Shown here: positions 23,601-35,794 of the stretch, one piece after another | How the letters are laid out: each line of letters opens with the position of its first letter | Position numbering within the stretch: the first letter of the stretch is position 1 | Source: Camelus ferus | Taxonomy: Eukaryota | DNA length: 64,000 nt | Assembly (NCBI RefSeq): GCF_009834535.1 | Contig: NC_045697.1 | Span: forward strand, 13,766,001-13,830,000 | Reading direction: 5' to 3' | Program-made: the position numbers and the translations under genes | The notes under the pieces: model-generated | Seen by the model: the letters and a program-made list of their open reading frames with translations, nothing else | Database searches by the model: none | Told to the model about the DNA's origin: nothing

Positions 23601-24115
23601 TTTACAAAAGCTCTACCCAGCAGCTTTGGAAATTTGCAGTTACCAGCATGAACTTAAAACACAAAGCAACAAGGGATTCCATCATAAGAGCTTCTCCTTG
23701 AATTTTTGAAACCCTGAATAAGGCAACGTGGCGCACTTGTAAAATACCAAGGGAAATGGCTGTGGGCCAGGCTGGTGTACAGTCATCAAAGATGCAGTGA
23801 CTCATTTGAGCAGAGGTGTCATGCAGACTGCGATACACCAAGACATAAGTCACAGATGGCAGACGACACTTCAGAGAACCTACACACATTAGTCTACTCA
23901 CAGCTCTGTGAGGAAAATTAATGGCAGGAAAAGCTCTGGATGAAAGATAGAAAGTTTTGGTCTAGTCCTAATTTCACTGCGGCCGGCTCCAACGTTTAGA
24001 TAAGGCATATGGCCTCTCGATGATGTAGATATTTTATCAGTAGAATAGAGACTATGTCTCCTCTATCTCTTAGAATGATGTGGATTCAACAAAATGGTAA
24101 ATGGCTCTCCCTTCA

Positions 24116-24510
24116 CGTGATGGGTAATCTCATGTGCCAATTTGAGTCGGTCACAGGTCCCCGGATTAAACTTTGTTTCTGGCTGTGTCTATAAGGGTGT
24201 TTCCAGATGAGATTAGCATTTGAATCAGTGGATTTATTAAAGAAGACCGTCCTGTCCCATGTGGGTGGACATCATCCAACTCATTGAGAGCCTGAATAGA
24301 ATAGAAGGAAGATGAAACAGGAGTTCATCCTTTTTTTAATCCTGCCTCACTGACTCACTGATTGAACTGGGTATCCCATCTTTTCCTGCCCATGGACTAA
24401 GATGTGTCATCTGCTTGCCTGATTCTCCGTCCTTTGGACTTGGACCGAATTATACTGCCAACTTTCCCCGGTCTCCAGACTAGAGAGGGCAGATCACGGT
24501 CAATACAGAT
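24116..24510 (+). mobile_element. MLT2 (MLT2B/D-like) ERVL LTR, 3' end degraded
   Basis: gtgatgggtaatctcatgtgccaatttga ... gtttccagatgagattagcatttgaatcagtgga ... tgggtggacatcatccaactcattgagagcctgaatagaa. Confidence 0.85.
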
Positions 24511-27454
24511 ACAAATATAGATACAGATATCTGTATTACCCATTTGCTTAGGACTTGGGCATACTAAGCAGTACTGACTCCTTGTATTCAGTAGAACATA
24601 CACACATGAGCGCCGATTTAGTATCTCTTCATGGGCCAAGAGATTAACAGGACCATCCCCCTCTGTAGCCTACATTTCTGTTCCCAGAGCTTGGAATATA
24701 TGGAGACAAGTTGGATACTCTCTTAAAACAATTGTCCCAGAGGATGGAGGTAATATTTGCACTATTGGCTGGAGGAATACGATAGAGTCAGCGAAAACAA
24801 GACTTGAAGGTTTAAGTTTTTATAAGCTATTTATATGAAAAAAAAGGGACTAAGTCTATTCATTAATTTACTCACTTATTTTAAACATTCCATACTTTTC
24901 ATCATTTCTGTGTATGTTTTTACTATTCCCTCAAGCTCTATTGTTCTCCGCTCAGAAAATTCCCCATTGTATTCACACTCCTACAAAAAGCCATGAGAAT
25001 GGGGCTGTCTCCTGCCTCAGACTGCCCCATTACCAACAGCTACATTTTGTTCAATCCCTCTTTTCTAGATGGTGGTTTGGTAGCAGTGGAAAAATCTAAG
25101 GCTCAGTTCTAGCACCACCTTGTAATTCTTATCTCAGACATCTCTTTCCCCCTCGCTAGTTATCCTGAGGGTTCCAGTATTGGAGAACTTTATCTTCTTC
25201 TGGGTCTTTATCTTCCTGGATTCCCAAAAACAGAACAGTGTCTTCAGTGTCTTCAGTGAAAATATCCTGATGGAAATTACCTGACTATTCTTGAATATTT
25301 CATTTGTCTTCTGCTAAGGCAAGGTTTCATGGAGCCTAGATACTATGGAAACAGGTTCATATAAATACTTCTATATTAAATGTGCTCTGCCAAAGCTCTC
25401 AACTAGTTACAGAGTGAATTTCTTTCAACTGAAATCTTTTCAAATAATTGCACTGGAAACCTGTGAAGTCAGGCCATGCTTTTTAAAAATGCTTTTTCTG
25501 TAGCAGATCACATTAACCACCTACATACTGTGGGAAACATCACTTCAGAAGAGCCTGTTGGCACAGTTTTCCTTGCTACATCACACCTCATCTTAAATTG
25601 TTAGCTTCACCACTGTCTGGGGTACATAAGTCCAGGAAAGAATTTGTATTTTTTAAATATTATTTTATTCTGCTGCAGCCTAAAACATTCAGGAAGCATT
25701 TTTATCACCAGCATGAAGAGGAAGAAAGCTTTCTACTCTGACATTTTATGCAGTTAGATATATGGAGATCCAAATACATCCATTAATTCCTTCCATGGCA
25801 AGTTTTACAAAATTTTAATGGCCATGTACTACATACCAGGCAAATTGTTAAGGGACGAAGGTACACTGGTGAACAATGAATATGCGACATTTGCCTTCAT
25901 GGGTTTACAGTACATGGTATATCTTTAAATACAAATGCAATGAAATGCAAAAATTAATATATTCCTTAAGGATTTAATCATTCAGTTCCCATCCATATTC
26001 CATAAGTTTCTGCTGCAAATAACATTCACTGGTCTTAACAGCCTTCTGAACAGTGACAATTAAAATGAAATTAATACACAGCTTTCATGGATGGCAAACT
26101 ATAACGTGCTGAAATGTATTTCAGAATGAATCGGAATTATTAAATAATTAGAAAGATGTCTCCTTGCCAGGAAATAAAAAATGGGGATAATTAGTGCTAC
26201 CACCTGGGCTAGAATCCCTAGACGGGTGACACAGTGGCAAATTGCCCAAGAGTCATATACGATGAGAAGCTGATTGATTGTTCTCAGTGGGAGAAGTTAT
26301 TTTATATTACTGTATTTTCATCATCTCCCAGGCCCATGAGAATTTCCTTCAAAAGTTCAGATTTTTTAAATCTTAAGAGAAAGATCTTGATTAAAAAAAG
26401 AAAAAGTAAAAAGAAATATGTACGTAGGAGAGGGAAAAAGTTTTTCCTAAACCACTGCTCTGTTAGACAAGTTCCAATGAATGAATGAATTCCCACCATC
26501 TCAGATAAAAGTAGTGATGAAACAGAAATGAGACAAAATAAGTAGGAAATAAAAAATAGGGACTAAAACAACCTTTCCAGCCTCTCGGTTCTATCTTCTC
26601 TGTTCCTAGAGTAAAATCTCTCAGCTGTAGGGGAATGATAGATTCTGCAGGGCGTCCCTTCACGAGGTGACAGTATTCACCGGGATAACAGAGTTTTGTT
26701 GAAACGATCAAACTCTGCAAGTTCTTAGACCAAAGCATCCATGAGAGTAGAAACTAGAAGCTGAATTTCATTTTCTGGGCAAAAAGGAAATTGAGTGCCT
26801 AATGTCTCTTTGGTGAAGCCGTGAACGTAATCCACATGTAATCCCACTAGGAGCAGATGTCTAAAGAGTCAAATTGGTTAGCAAACACTCAAATATTTTC
26901 AGACTGAAAAGGTCAGCCAGTCTTCTATTTCATTTCTACACAAGCACATTAAACGGAAGAACTGTCTGAGTTCCTCCTAGGATTCAAAACCACTCTTCAG
27001 TAACCAACTCAAGTCTACTCTTTCCACCACTGTTTCTTCCCGACTACTAGTCTCCTTTCAGGAGCAAAATAACATTTTCTGAAATTAAGACAAAAGCAAC
27101 ACTTACCTCTGTCAACATTTGCCCTTAGTCTATAGGAAATTAAACTGCTCTTAAAATTTGGTTGCCCCCCCTCCCTCCCCACTCCCATTGACATAACCTC
27201 CTACTGGAGGACTGCAATTGTCTTTCCTTCACTATAAAATTAAGTTTTAGCCTGTTTGAATCTCTTTTGCAAAACAGAAAGGTAAAAGATGAGATACAAT
27301 TAGTCACCGTGTAACAGCCAGGAAGAGCAAACATTTTGTAGAGCTCTGAAGAGATTGCTAACAACTTTTCACATATTATATCTCCCATGTTTTTCACAAT
27401 GGTTATTCTTTATTATTTATTCATATTTAGCCATTTATTATTTATTCATTTATT

Positions 27455-27565
27455 CCTTCTCCAGATGGAGAAAACTGAGAAACTAAAGCTCAGAGATGCT
27501 CGGTCATTTGCATTTGTTCTCAAAGACAGTAAGTGGCAAGACTGGGGCTTCCAGAAATTTTCTCA
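27455..27565 (-). mobile_element. MIR core fragment
   Basis: cagatggagaaaactgag ... gctcagagatg ... caaagacagtaagtggcaagactgggg. Confidence 0.55.
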
Positions 27566-30500
27566 ATTTACATGTCAGACCTCGTATAGTTTGCTGTGAT
27601 AACCCTTTCTGCTTCACCTGCAGAATGAGGCCCCTTGCAAGTACAACCTCATAGTAATTCCATTCTTCCGTTCTGCCAGTTTGAAGACCTTTACATTCAC
27701 CTTCCATGTCACCACTTCTCCACCCTTCACTTCTTCACGATCTTTTCCTACTCTGGAAATCCATATATGATCTTTGTCAGTTGTAGCCATTACCAAAATT
27801 CTCCTTAGAAATTTTTTTGTTTTTTTAGTGAACAAATAATAAAGTCTCATTCACTTAGAACTTAGAACTTGTACATCTAACTGGCCCATCCCATTCTTCT
27901 CCATGTGTAAGTCCTCCACTCCAGTCATCTCCATGTTTTCTAAATAATCTACATGTCAGAATATTTTTGTTATATCCATTTTAGATATTTTCTATTCAAC
28001 TTTCATGAAGAAAGTTTTGCTTTTGGCACTCAGATCATTGCTTTCCCTTCCATTCACACACACACTCATGTCCACCCCTTCTGTCCTTCCAATATAAATG
28101 TGTGCATTATATAAATATACTAACACTTCTGTTTGAATCAAAATTTGTGTCTACATTACCGATTAAATCAGAATTGTTTATACCTGAGTCTAGTAATATA
28201 TCATGATTCCATTGTCTTGGTTTTTCTTGCCTTTTTGTTTTTGTTAGAGATAATGATGGCTTTTTTTTTTTAATTTAACATGTTTAATTCTTTCTAACAT
28301 AGGAGTAAAATCCCTCTGAATACTGTTTTTCACATGATTGAACACATAAGGTGGTCTGGCATTTTTATCACTTTGTGTATTTGCTTATTGTTTATTCACT
28401 TCTGCACCGTACCTCCTGGAACCCCATTCTGACTGCTCCTGTTTGGTCTGATTGCCCTCCAATTGCCGTATACTTGCTATCCTGGAATTTCCCACTTTGC
28501 ATCTATTCTCTCTTTGTTGTTGTTGTTGTTGCTGTGTGTGTGCATGTGTGTTTCAGGATCCTGCCTTCTTCTTGGTTTAATCCTTCATTTTGATATAGCA
28601 AATGTTGCACACACAAAAAATGTCCTGGAAACAGGCAGCTGGGACTTTCATTTCTGAAAATATGGTACACAACATATCCTAAAAATCCTCCATTTTAAAA
28701 CAGATCTAGAAATATTGGACATATATGAAATAAACTTCATCTTAAATCCATAGCTGAGCTCATAATAGAATAAATTGAAACCAATTCCTAGAAACACTAT
28801 TTTGAAATTGTAGAACCTCAAAGAGAATGAGCTCTTAAAAGCTGCCCTCAAAACAGACAACAAATTACTACAACAGAATAATGAACATGGAGCCAGAAGA
28901 TCAGCAAGAAACAATATTTACTCACCTAATATTGTCACAACATGTAAAGTTGACAGGATTAACTTCCTAATCGGAGGTTTAAACACAAACTGAATAATTA
29001 ATAGATACATATAGCAATTAATAATATGTTCATTTGAATCTCTATTTCTTGTTAGAACAGAGTTCATAATTAGAAATGGTAAAAATAAACCATTTTAAAA
29101 AGAAAAAACGTTATCACCAAACGTTACATGTAGAAACATTGTCTTCTATAAGTGTTTACACCGATGCATTGTGTTTCAGAACAATTTACGGAGATATTAT
29201 TTCGCCTTCTGCTTTGCAGCTGTGGAATAATCAGTAATAATAAGAATTATTCTTCCTTTTGTCCTCTATACATACACCCAAGGACTAACAGTGCGCATGA
29301 ATCCTTTCCCTTCAGGCCACACCTACAAGATGTAATTTTTCAAAAAGAAGTAACTTGTCCTAGGCTCTGAGGTGGTGGAGTGAGAGCCTGGGGTTTGGAC
29401 AGTGGGAAGTCTGGGTCTCAGGACTGGCAGGCAGATCCAAGGCTGACAGAGGTGAAGAAGTGATGTTGTTCATTTGTTGGCGTGTTTTTATGGTGGTGAG
29501 AGTTGAGTAGGTGGTGGAGCTCCTTACCACTCCAAGGCCTCTGATGGGTGGGCTGGAGAACAGGCACTGAAGTTTATGGTGTCCAAGGACCATGGCTCCA
29601 GGAGCTACAAGAAAGAATCTCCTTGCCCCATTTTGGCAAAGGGGAGGAGGACGTGGAATGGACCACAGGACATCCCAGAAGTAAGCACCAGGAGCCGAAG
29701 GCTGAGCTCCTTCTCCTATTGCCTCAACACCACAGCACCTCACCCGGAATGTGACTTAAGGGAGGTGAAAGGAGAGGGCAAGAGGTCCCCCAAAGCACAA
29801 ATAAGTAAGTGATAGCTGGGTGTAAGATTAATGTGATTTTTTTAAAGTGTTACCACATTTGTATTCAGCAGAGAATTAAGAGAGTACAAGTCATGTTTAA
29901 TACATACCAGGGAAAGTTTTCCTGTAAAACATTTTATTTCCAGTGTTCGTATGTGTGATGATCTCCAGGGGACTACATTTGAGAACCTCCAGGTCTTATA
30001 AAAAGCCTTTGGCATAATTGAGACTGAGTCTCTATTTTGCTGTCTACCTTTTGCTGAATCTCTATTTGGCTGTTTGGTAAAATGATGACAATGGCGTAGT
30101 CCTTTCGTTAATGAAAAGCATCCTCAATAAGCATCAACTATCTTGAGCCCGTCAGTGTTTGGGAAGGGTCTGGCGAGGAGAGATGCTTGGTAAATAATGG
30201 ATGAAGGAGCCCAGTGCACTGTCATTCCCATTCCTCCTGGGATGAAGCTCTGCCAACACAGGTAAGTGAGTTTTACAGACTTTGAAGACAATGACAAAGT
30301 CAGAATTAAATTGTGGATCTAATTCAAATGTCTTTTTCTTGGCACTAGACCAAGATGTTTCATACTTTGGGCCACGATCCACGAGTGGGTCTCAAAGTCA
30401 ATATAACTGGTCAGAATTGGCACCTTTAAAAGGAAAGAGAAGAAAGAGGGCAGAAGAAGGGGCCAAGCACAGCCAGCACAGCCTAGAGTAACAGAGACCG

Positions 30501-30867
30501 GAAAACAAACCGAAGCAAAACAAAACAAACAAAAGAAATCTCGTGTATCCAGCATAGTAAGGACTAAGTGGTGTTCTGTAAAAGTTTTGCACATATCGGG
30601 TCAATAGGTAAAGCCGTTTTTTTTGCTCTAAGTCATGGTCTAAATTGTTACAAAGCCAAAAACTTAGGCCATTTGTCTTCCTTAATTGCTCTTTTACATT
30701 TGCTAAAAGAAAACATTGCTTCTAATCTGGCTTTTCTGATTCTGCCCCTTTGTTTTAATTCTTTTTTAATCATGAAATTTTCTACACTTACAAAAAGTTA
30801 AGAAAACAATCTCACAGATAGCTGTGTACGAAGAGACACTAACCTTGTGCCTTAGGGCCTCTTGGTG

Positions 30868-30962
30868 CTCCCCTCCGCCTCCACTCCTCCCCTCCCCCTC
30901 CTCGCCTCCCCTCCCTTCCCCCCTTCCTCTCTTCCCCTCCCTTCCCCCCTTCCTCTCCTCCA
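30868..30962. repeat. C/T-rich low-complexity (polypyrimidine) tract
   Basis: About 95 nt almost entirely of C and T (ccctc/cttcc units). Confidence 0.9.
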
Positions 30963-31154
30963 CAGTCTCTCAAGGAACATGATGTTACAGATGCAGCTAT
31001 GGCTCTACCCTGTCCTTATTATAAGCCCCATTTCTTCCCAGAGGCAACCACAGTTTTGCATTTGATGTGTATTGTGCCATATATAATTATGTAATTTTAC
31101 CGTATATTTATCCATCCATAATTCACTTTTGCATTGTTTTATATATAGAAATCT

Positions 31155-31211
31155 TATGTCTGCAAGCCTGTTTCTTCTGTAGATGAGTTCATTAGTGTCC
31201 TCTTTTTTCTT
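31155..31211 (-). mobile_element. 57-bp internal L1 fragment without poly-A, nearly identical to 32521-32577
   Basis: 55/57 identity to the young L1 about 1.37 kb downstream (manual alignment). Confidence 0.85.
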
Positions 31212-32249
31212 AACCACATGGAATCATGTGGTTACTTCTTTCCAAGCCCAAGTTCTTGAGATGGAACCATTCGGCCTGTGAAAGACTGTTAACATTATTT
31301 TTACAAGCAGTATTACAATGCACATCTTTACACATACTCTCGTAGATACATAGCAACGAAATTAGTCCACTTTTGGAGGTTATGGGCACCTTCAATATTC
31401 CTAGGTTTGAAAAAGGGATTACAAATTTACACTTGTATAGGGTATAATAGCTTTTGTGTGCCCACATCTTTGATAGCATTTGAAGTTATCAGGTTTACTA
31501 ATTTTTACCATATATTGGGTAGTAAATTATTCATTTAATTGGAATTTTGCTCATTATCAGTGACGTTGAGCATCTTTCTATGCTCAAAAATAGTCTATTT
31601 CTTTTTTTTCTATATTACTTATTGCCTTTCAGTTTTAATGGGGAGGGATGGTCTTTTTCTCATTAATTGGTATAAATTCCTTATATATTGTGACTACTAA
31701 TTTTATGTATACACATTACAACCCTTTTCTCCAGTCTATGGCATTTTTTTAAACTTCTGATATGTTTCATTACATAACAGTTTATTATTATTATTATTGT
31801 TAGTTTCATGTAATCAAAATTATCAACCTGTTACTTTATAGATTATGTTATCTTTTCTTAGAAATCATTTCTCATCCTAATAATATACATTGTATTCAAA
31901 AAGTGTTGTCATATTGATTCCCATGTTATCTTTGAGGCATATGAGATATATTTGTGTGTCTGGTGGGATGTGAGAATTTGGTTTAATTTTCGATTTGGAT
32001 GGTCAATTGTCTCAGCACTGTTTATTAATTGTCAGTCTCTTGTGACATGGTATCTAACACTATTTTTACTTCATGTACCAAGCACCCTTAAAAATTTTAA
32101 GTCTTCAAAACTTTTCTTTTTTTATTTGTTCTGTTTTCTATGCTTGTGCAACTTGCTTTAATTATTTAGTTTTAACAACTTAGAATCTGATGAGCCATAT
32201 CGTCCCTCCTCTCCCTTAAGTTTTTCTCATCTACTTTTAGCCCTTTAGT

Positions 32250-32772
32250 CTTTTTTTTTTAATTGAAGTATAGTCAGTTACAATGTGTCAATTTCTTGTG
32301 TAATGCATAATTTCCCAATCATGCATATATATACATATATTCACTTTCATATTCTTTTTCACAAAAGGTTATTACAAAATATTGAATATGGTTCTCTGTG
32401 CTATAGAGAAGAGATTTTTTTTTATCTATTTTATATATAGTGGTTAATATATGCAAATCTCAAAGTCCCAAATTTATCCTTTCCCATCTCTTTTCTCCTG
32501 GTAATCATAAGATTGTTTACTATGTCTGCAAGTCTGTTTCTTTTGTAGATGAGTTCATTAGTGTCCTCTTTTTTCTTTTTCTTTTTTTTTTTAATTCCAT
32601 ATATGAGTGATATCATATGGTATTTTTCTTTCTCTTTCTGGCTTACTTCATTTAAAATGATGATCTCCAGATCCATCCATGTTGCTGCAAATGGCATTAT
32701 TTTATTTCTTTTTTTTTTTTTTTTTTTTTGCTGAGTAGTATTCCATTGTATAAATATACCACAATTTCTTAT
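32250..32772 (-). mobile_element. Lineage-specific 5'-truncated L1 3' end
   Basis: Poly-T, then aattgaagtatagtcagttacaatg; ORF 32431..32697(-) MPFAATWMDLEIIILNEVSQKEKEKYHMISLIYGI is the ORF2p terminus. Confidence 0.95.
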
Positions 32773-33496
32773 TCTTATATTTGAATTTTGTAATCAGCCT
32801 TTCAGGTTTCATGAGAAACTTCTGTGAAATTTTGATTGAAATTGAAATAGATGTATCAATTAATTTGTGGATAATTGCCATGTTTACAATATTGAGGGTT
32901 TCCTTCCAAGAAAATGGCTTAACTCTCCACTCATTTAGATTTTTAATTTTTGGTTTTCATATTTTATTAGTTTTATTTCCCATAACCTTGTAGCTTTGTA
33001 GCTAATATAAATGTGTGATTTACTATTTTACATTTTGTACATTTTATAATTGCTACTATTGCTTGCGCATAGAATTACAAGAGATTTTTGTACATTGTTC
33101 TTATTATTCTGTAAACTTGCTGAATTATTTTATTAATTTGTCTACAAAATCTTATGATTTCTGACATTAGCAATCATGTTGCTTGCAAATAATATTTTTT
33201 TATTTTAAACTTTACATCTCTGATTTTATATCTTTGGTTAATATGTTATTTATCTGCTACAATTTGAATAGAGGCTGCTATAGGGGCATCATCTCTTCTA
33301 TTCCTGGTGTTAATAGTTTTTATCATGGATAAACATACAATTTTACCATTTCTTCTGCATTTATAGAGACGATTCTTAGATTTTTCTCTTTTAATTTAAT
33401 ATGTTTAATTATACCAATATATCCTCTGATACTGATTAGTTATTACCCTAATGATTATAATATTTATTTTATACACTTTTTGATTTGGTTTGTTTA

Positions 33497-34073
33497 TTAG
33501 TTAATAACAAATGATCAAAAACATAGTGGCTTAAAACAATATATATTTACAATCTCACAGCTTCCACTTCCAAGAGACAGTCCAGATAAGGTGAGTTGGG
33601 CCCTCTTCTCAAGGTCTTAACAGTCAGAAATCAGGGAGTTAGTCAGGACTGTGGTCTCAACTGAGGTTTGTGGTCCTCTGTTGAGCTCTCTGGTTATTGG
33701 TAAGACTCATTTTAGATGTTTATATGACTGATGTCCCATGTTTTTCTTTGTTTGCTGGGACTACTTTTAGCTCTTCGAGACTTACTTAGCTAAGCCAGAG
33801 GGAGCCTCTCGCATATCAGAGCTCACCTGATTAGATCAGACCCACTTGATGATTCATTTGCCTTCTGATAAACTCAGAGTAAATTGATTTGGGACTTCAA
33901 TTATATCTGCAGGTTTCTGTTATCATTGTCGTATGTTATTACATAAGCATAAGAGTGATAGCCCATCATATATATATATATATACACACACACACAGAAT
34001 CTACTCACGCTAAAGTGGAGAAATTGAAACAAGATGAGAATCTCAGGGGCCATCTTGCAATTCTGCTTACTAT
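33497..34073 (-). mobile_element. MLT1E/F-like MaLR LTR
   Basis: ataacaaatgatcaaaaacatagtggcttaaaacaa ... gagctcacctgattagatcagaccc ... gccatcttgcaattctgcttactata. Confidence 0.8.
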
Positions 34074-35794
34074 AGTTTCTTAACTTAATTTAGGAGTTTA
34101 CTTACTATGGTTGTAAGTTAAATTGGATATCATTTTTCATCTTATACTAACTTTATCTGTTTGGATTAAAAACTTAACCCTAACCATGATGTTGGAGAGT
34201 ACTGACTCTTGTTTAGTTCTCTGGATAAAGACTTTAACATATGCATTAATGTTTAACATTTTCAAAATGCTGCTTGAGATGCCATTAACCACTCTCCTTT
34301 CCTCCTTTCATTGGTTCGTCTTCTAGCTCCCTGTTAGATTAGATCCAAACTGGTAGGAGTGAGAGATATATTGTTCTAAAACTCTCGGTTTCATCAGCCA
34401 CCAATTCTCTGTGTCTCCAGTAAGGACATGCAATACATGTGTGATATAGTGTCACGAACATGGGATGAGAAGTTGGGAGACCAGATTTCAGTTTCAAATT
34501 CACCACTGGCCACCATTATATTGGTGTTAATTAAATCACTTTCTAATTCCTGTTGGAAGACAACTTCTAATGAAAATTTTCACATTTCTGCATGCTGCAG
34601 GCTTTTTGAGCAAAAAAATGGTTAGCCAACTTTGTTAAACAGTGATGGAATGACAAATATGCCTTAGGAATTACAGACAGCACACTGCTCCAGAGACAGA
34701 GACTTATCATGACCAGAGCCATTTGTTTACATGCCAAGGTAGAGGCCTTTCCTTCCCCATCCCCAGAAAGGATTTGTTTACATTCTAGAGTAAAGTCTTC
34801 TCTTGGCAGGGAAGGATGTGCCAAAGTGCCAGCCCTAGTCCTGAATCTCACAATCTGGGGGTTCCCCTCATGTGGTGCAACCCTAGTGCACATGGAGATG
34901 AACATCAGGTCCTCACCTTGTGGAGAACAGAGACATGAGGAACAGGTGCTGTGCTGCTCTGAGCACTCAATGGACAAGTGGTCTATTTTTTGATCCAGAC
35001 GTTCTGTGTTTGCTGTCAGGCTATGAATAAATATATAAACCTAAGAATCCATGGACTCTTTGGGGAGTTAGAGAGCTATCACAGTCCCACTTAGCACAGA
35101 GGGTTTTACTAATGAGACAGATGAGATTATATTTATGAAAGTAAAAGGAGTTTTACAAAGCAAGACAAGATATACAAGTCAAAGTTGGAAACGTGGTGAT
35201 TGTTTCTATGTGCCAAGGGGCTGGACAATATTTAAGATACTCAATGTCAGTTGCCTAAATGTATTTATTTCTATACTTTCTTTGCTTCCAGAATAGTGCT
35301 TATCCACTTAAATCATTGTATGCCTGTAAGATTGGTTTGTAACAGAGAGTGAGACAGAAAGAAGGAGTTCCTTACTTACATTCAATGTATAGTTCTGTCA
35401 TAAAGGAAAAATCTAGATGGTAGGAGGGCAGGGAGGTAAGTCCCTACAAACCTCAATCAAAAAAAACAAAACAAAAATAAAATAAAATAAATGAAATTAA
35501 GGTCAAACTTGTCATTTACTCCAGAGGCCAAAGAAAGTTTTAGAAGAGAATGGAGTGGGTAGAGAATAACTCCTGATTTGGATATTGCTTTCCAGGAGCT
35601 CCTTCCTACCCTTCTCTCCACCAACCCCCAAAGATACCCCTGCAATTTTAAGACTTTGATGCTGTTTGATTTATCTCCTCACTTGCCTATTTTCACCAAT
35701 AGATGATAAAAGGCATGAAAGTAGGGACTCTCTTGATTACTCAATACCTAGCCCCATGGCTGGCCCTTTGCAGCTCTTTGTAGAAAAGAAGTAA

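Larger units (their letters stand above)
30765..34330 (-). mobile_element. Highly diverged L1ME-type element (3' end plus ORF2 remnants) hosting younger insertions
   Basis: tttaatcatgaaattttctacacttacaaaaag start; caaatttacacttgta ... gttgagcatctttc ... gtaatcaaaattatcaac ... ttttgattgaaattg; continues after the MLT1E. Confidence 0.7.

Noticed and set aside
27107..27129. 23-nt minus-strand exon-like unit (tttcctatag| ... GAG|gtaagt)
   Set aside because: Not a multiple of 3, peptide (LRANVDR) not recognised, and no supported partner exons.
28926..28989. 64-nt minus-strand exon-like unit (TAG|gtgagt donor)
   Set aside because: Weak polypyrimidine tract and unrecognised peptide (FVFKPPIRKLILSTLHVVTIL); likely a pseudo-exon.
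30259..30267. Perfect splice donor CAG|GTAAGT
   Set aside because: A single 9-mer is expected by chance at this window size; no convincing acceptor or reading frame upstream.
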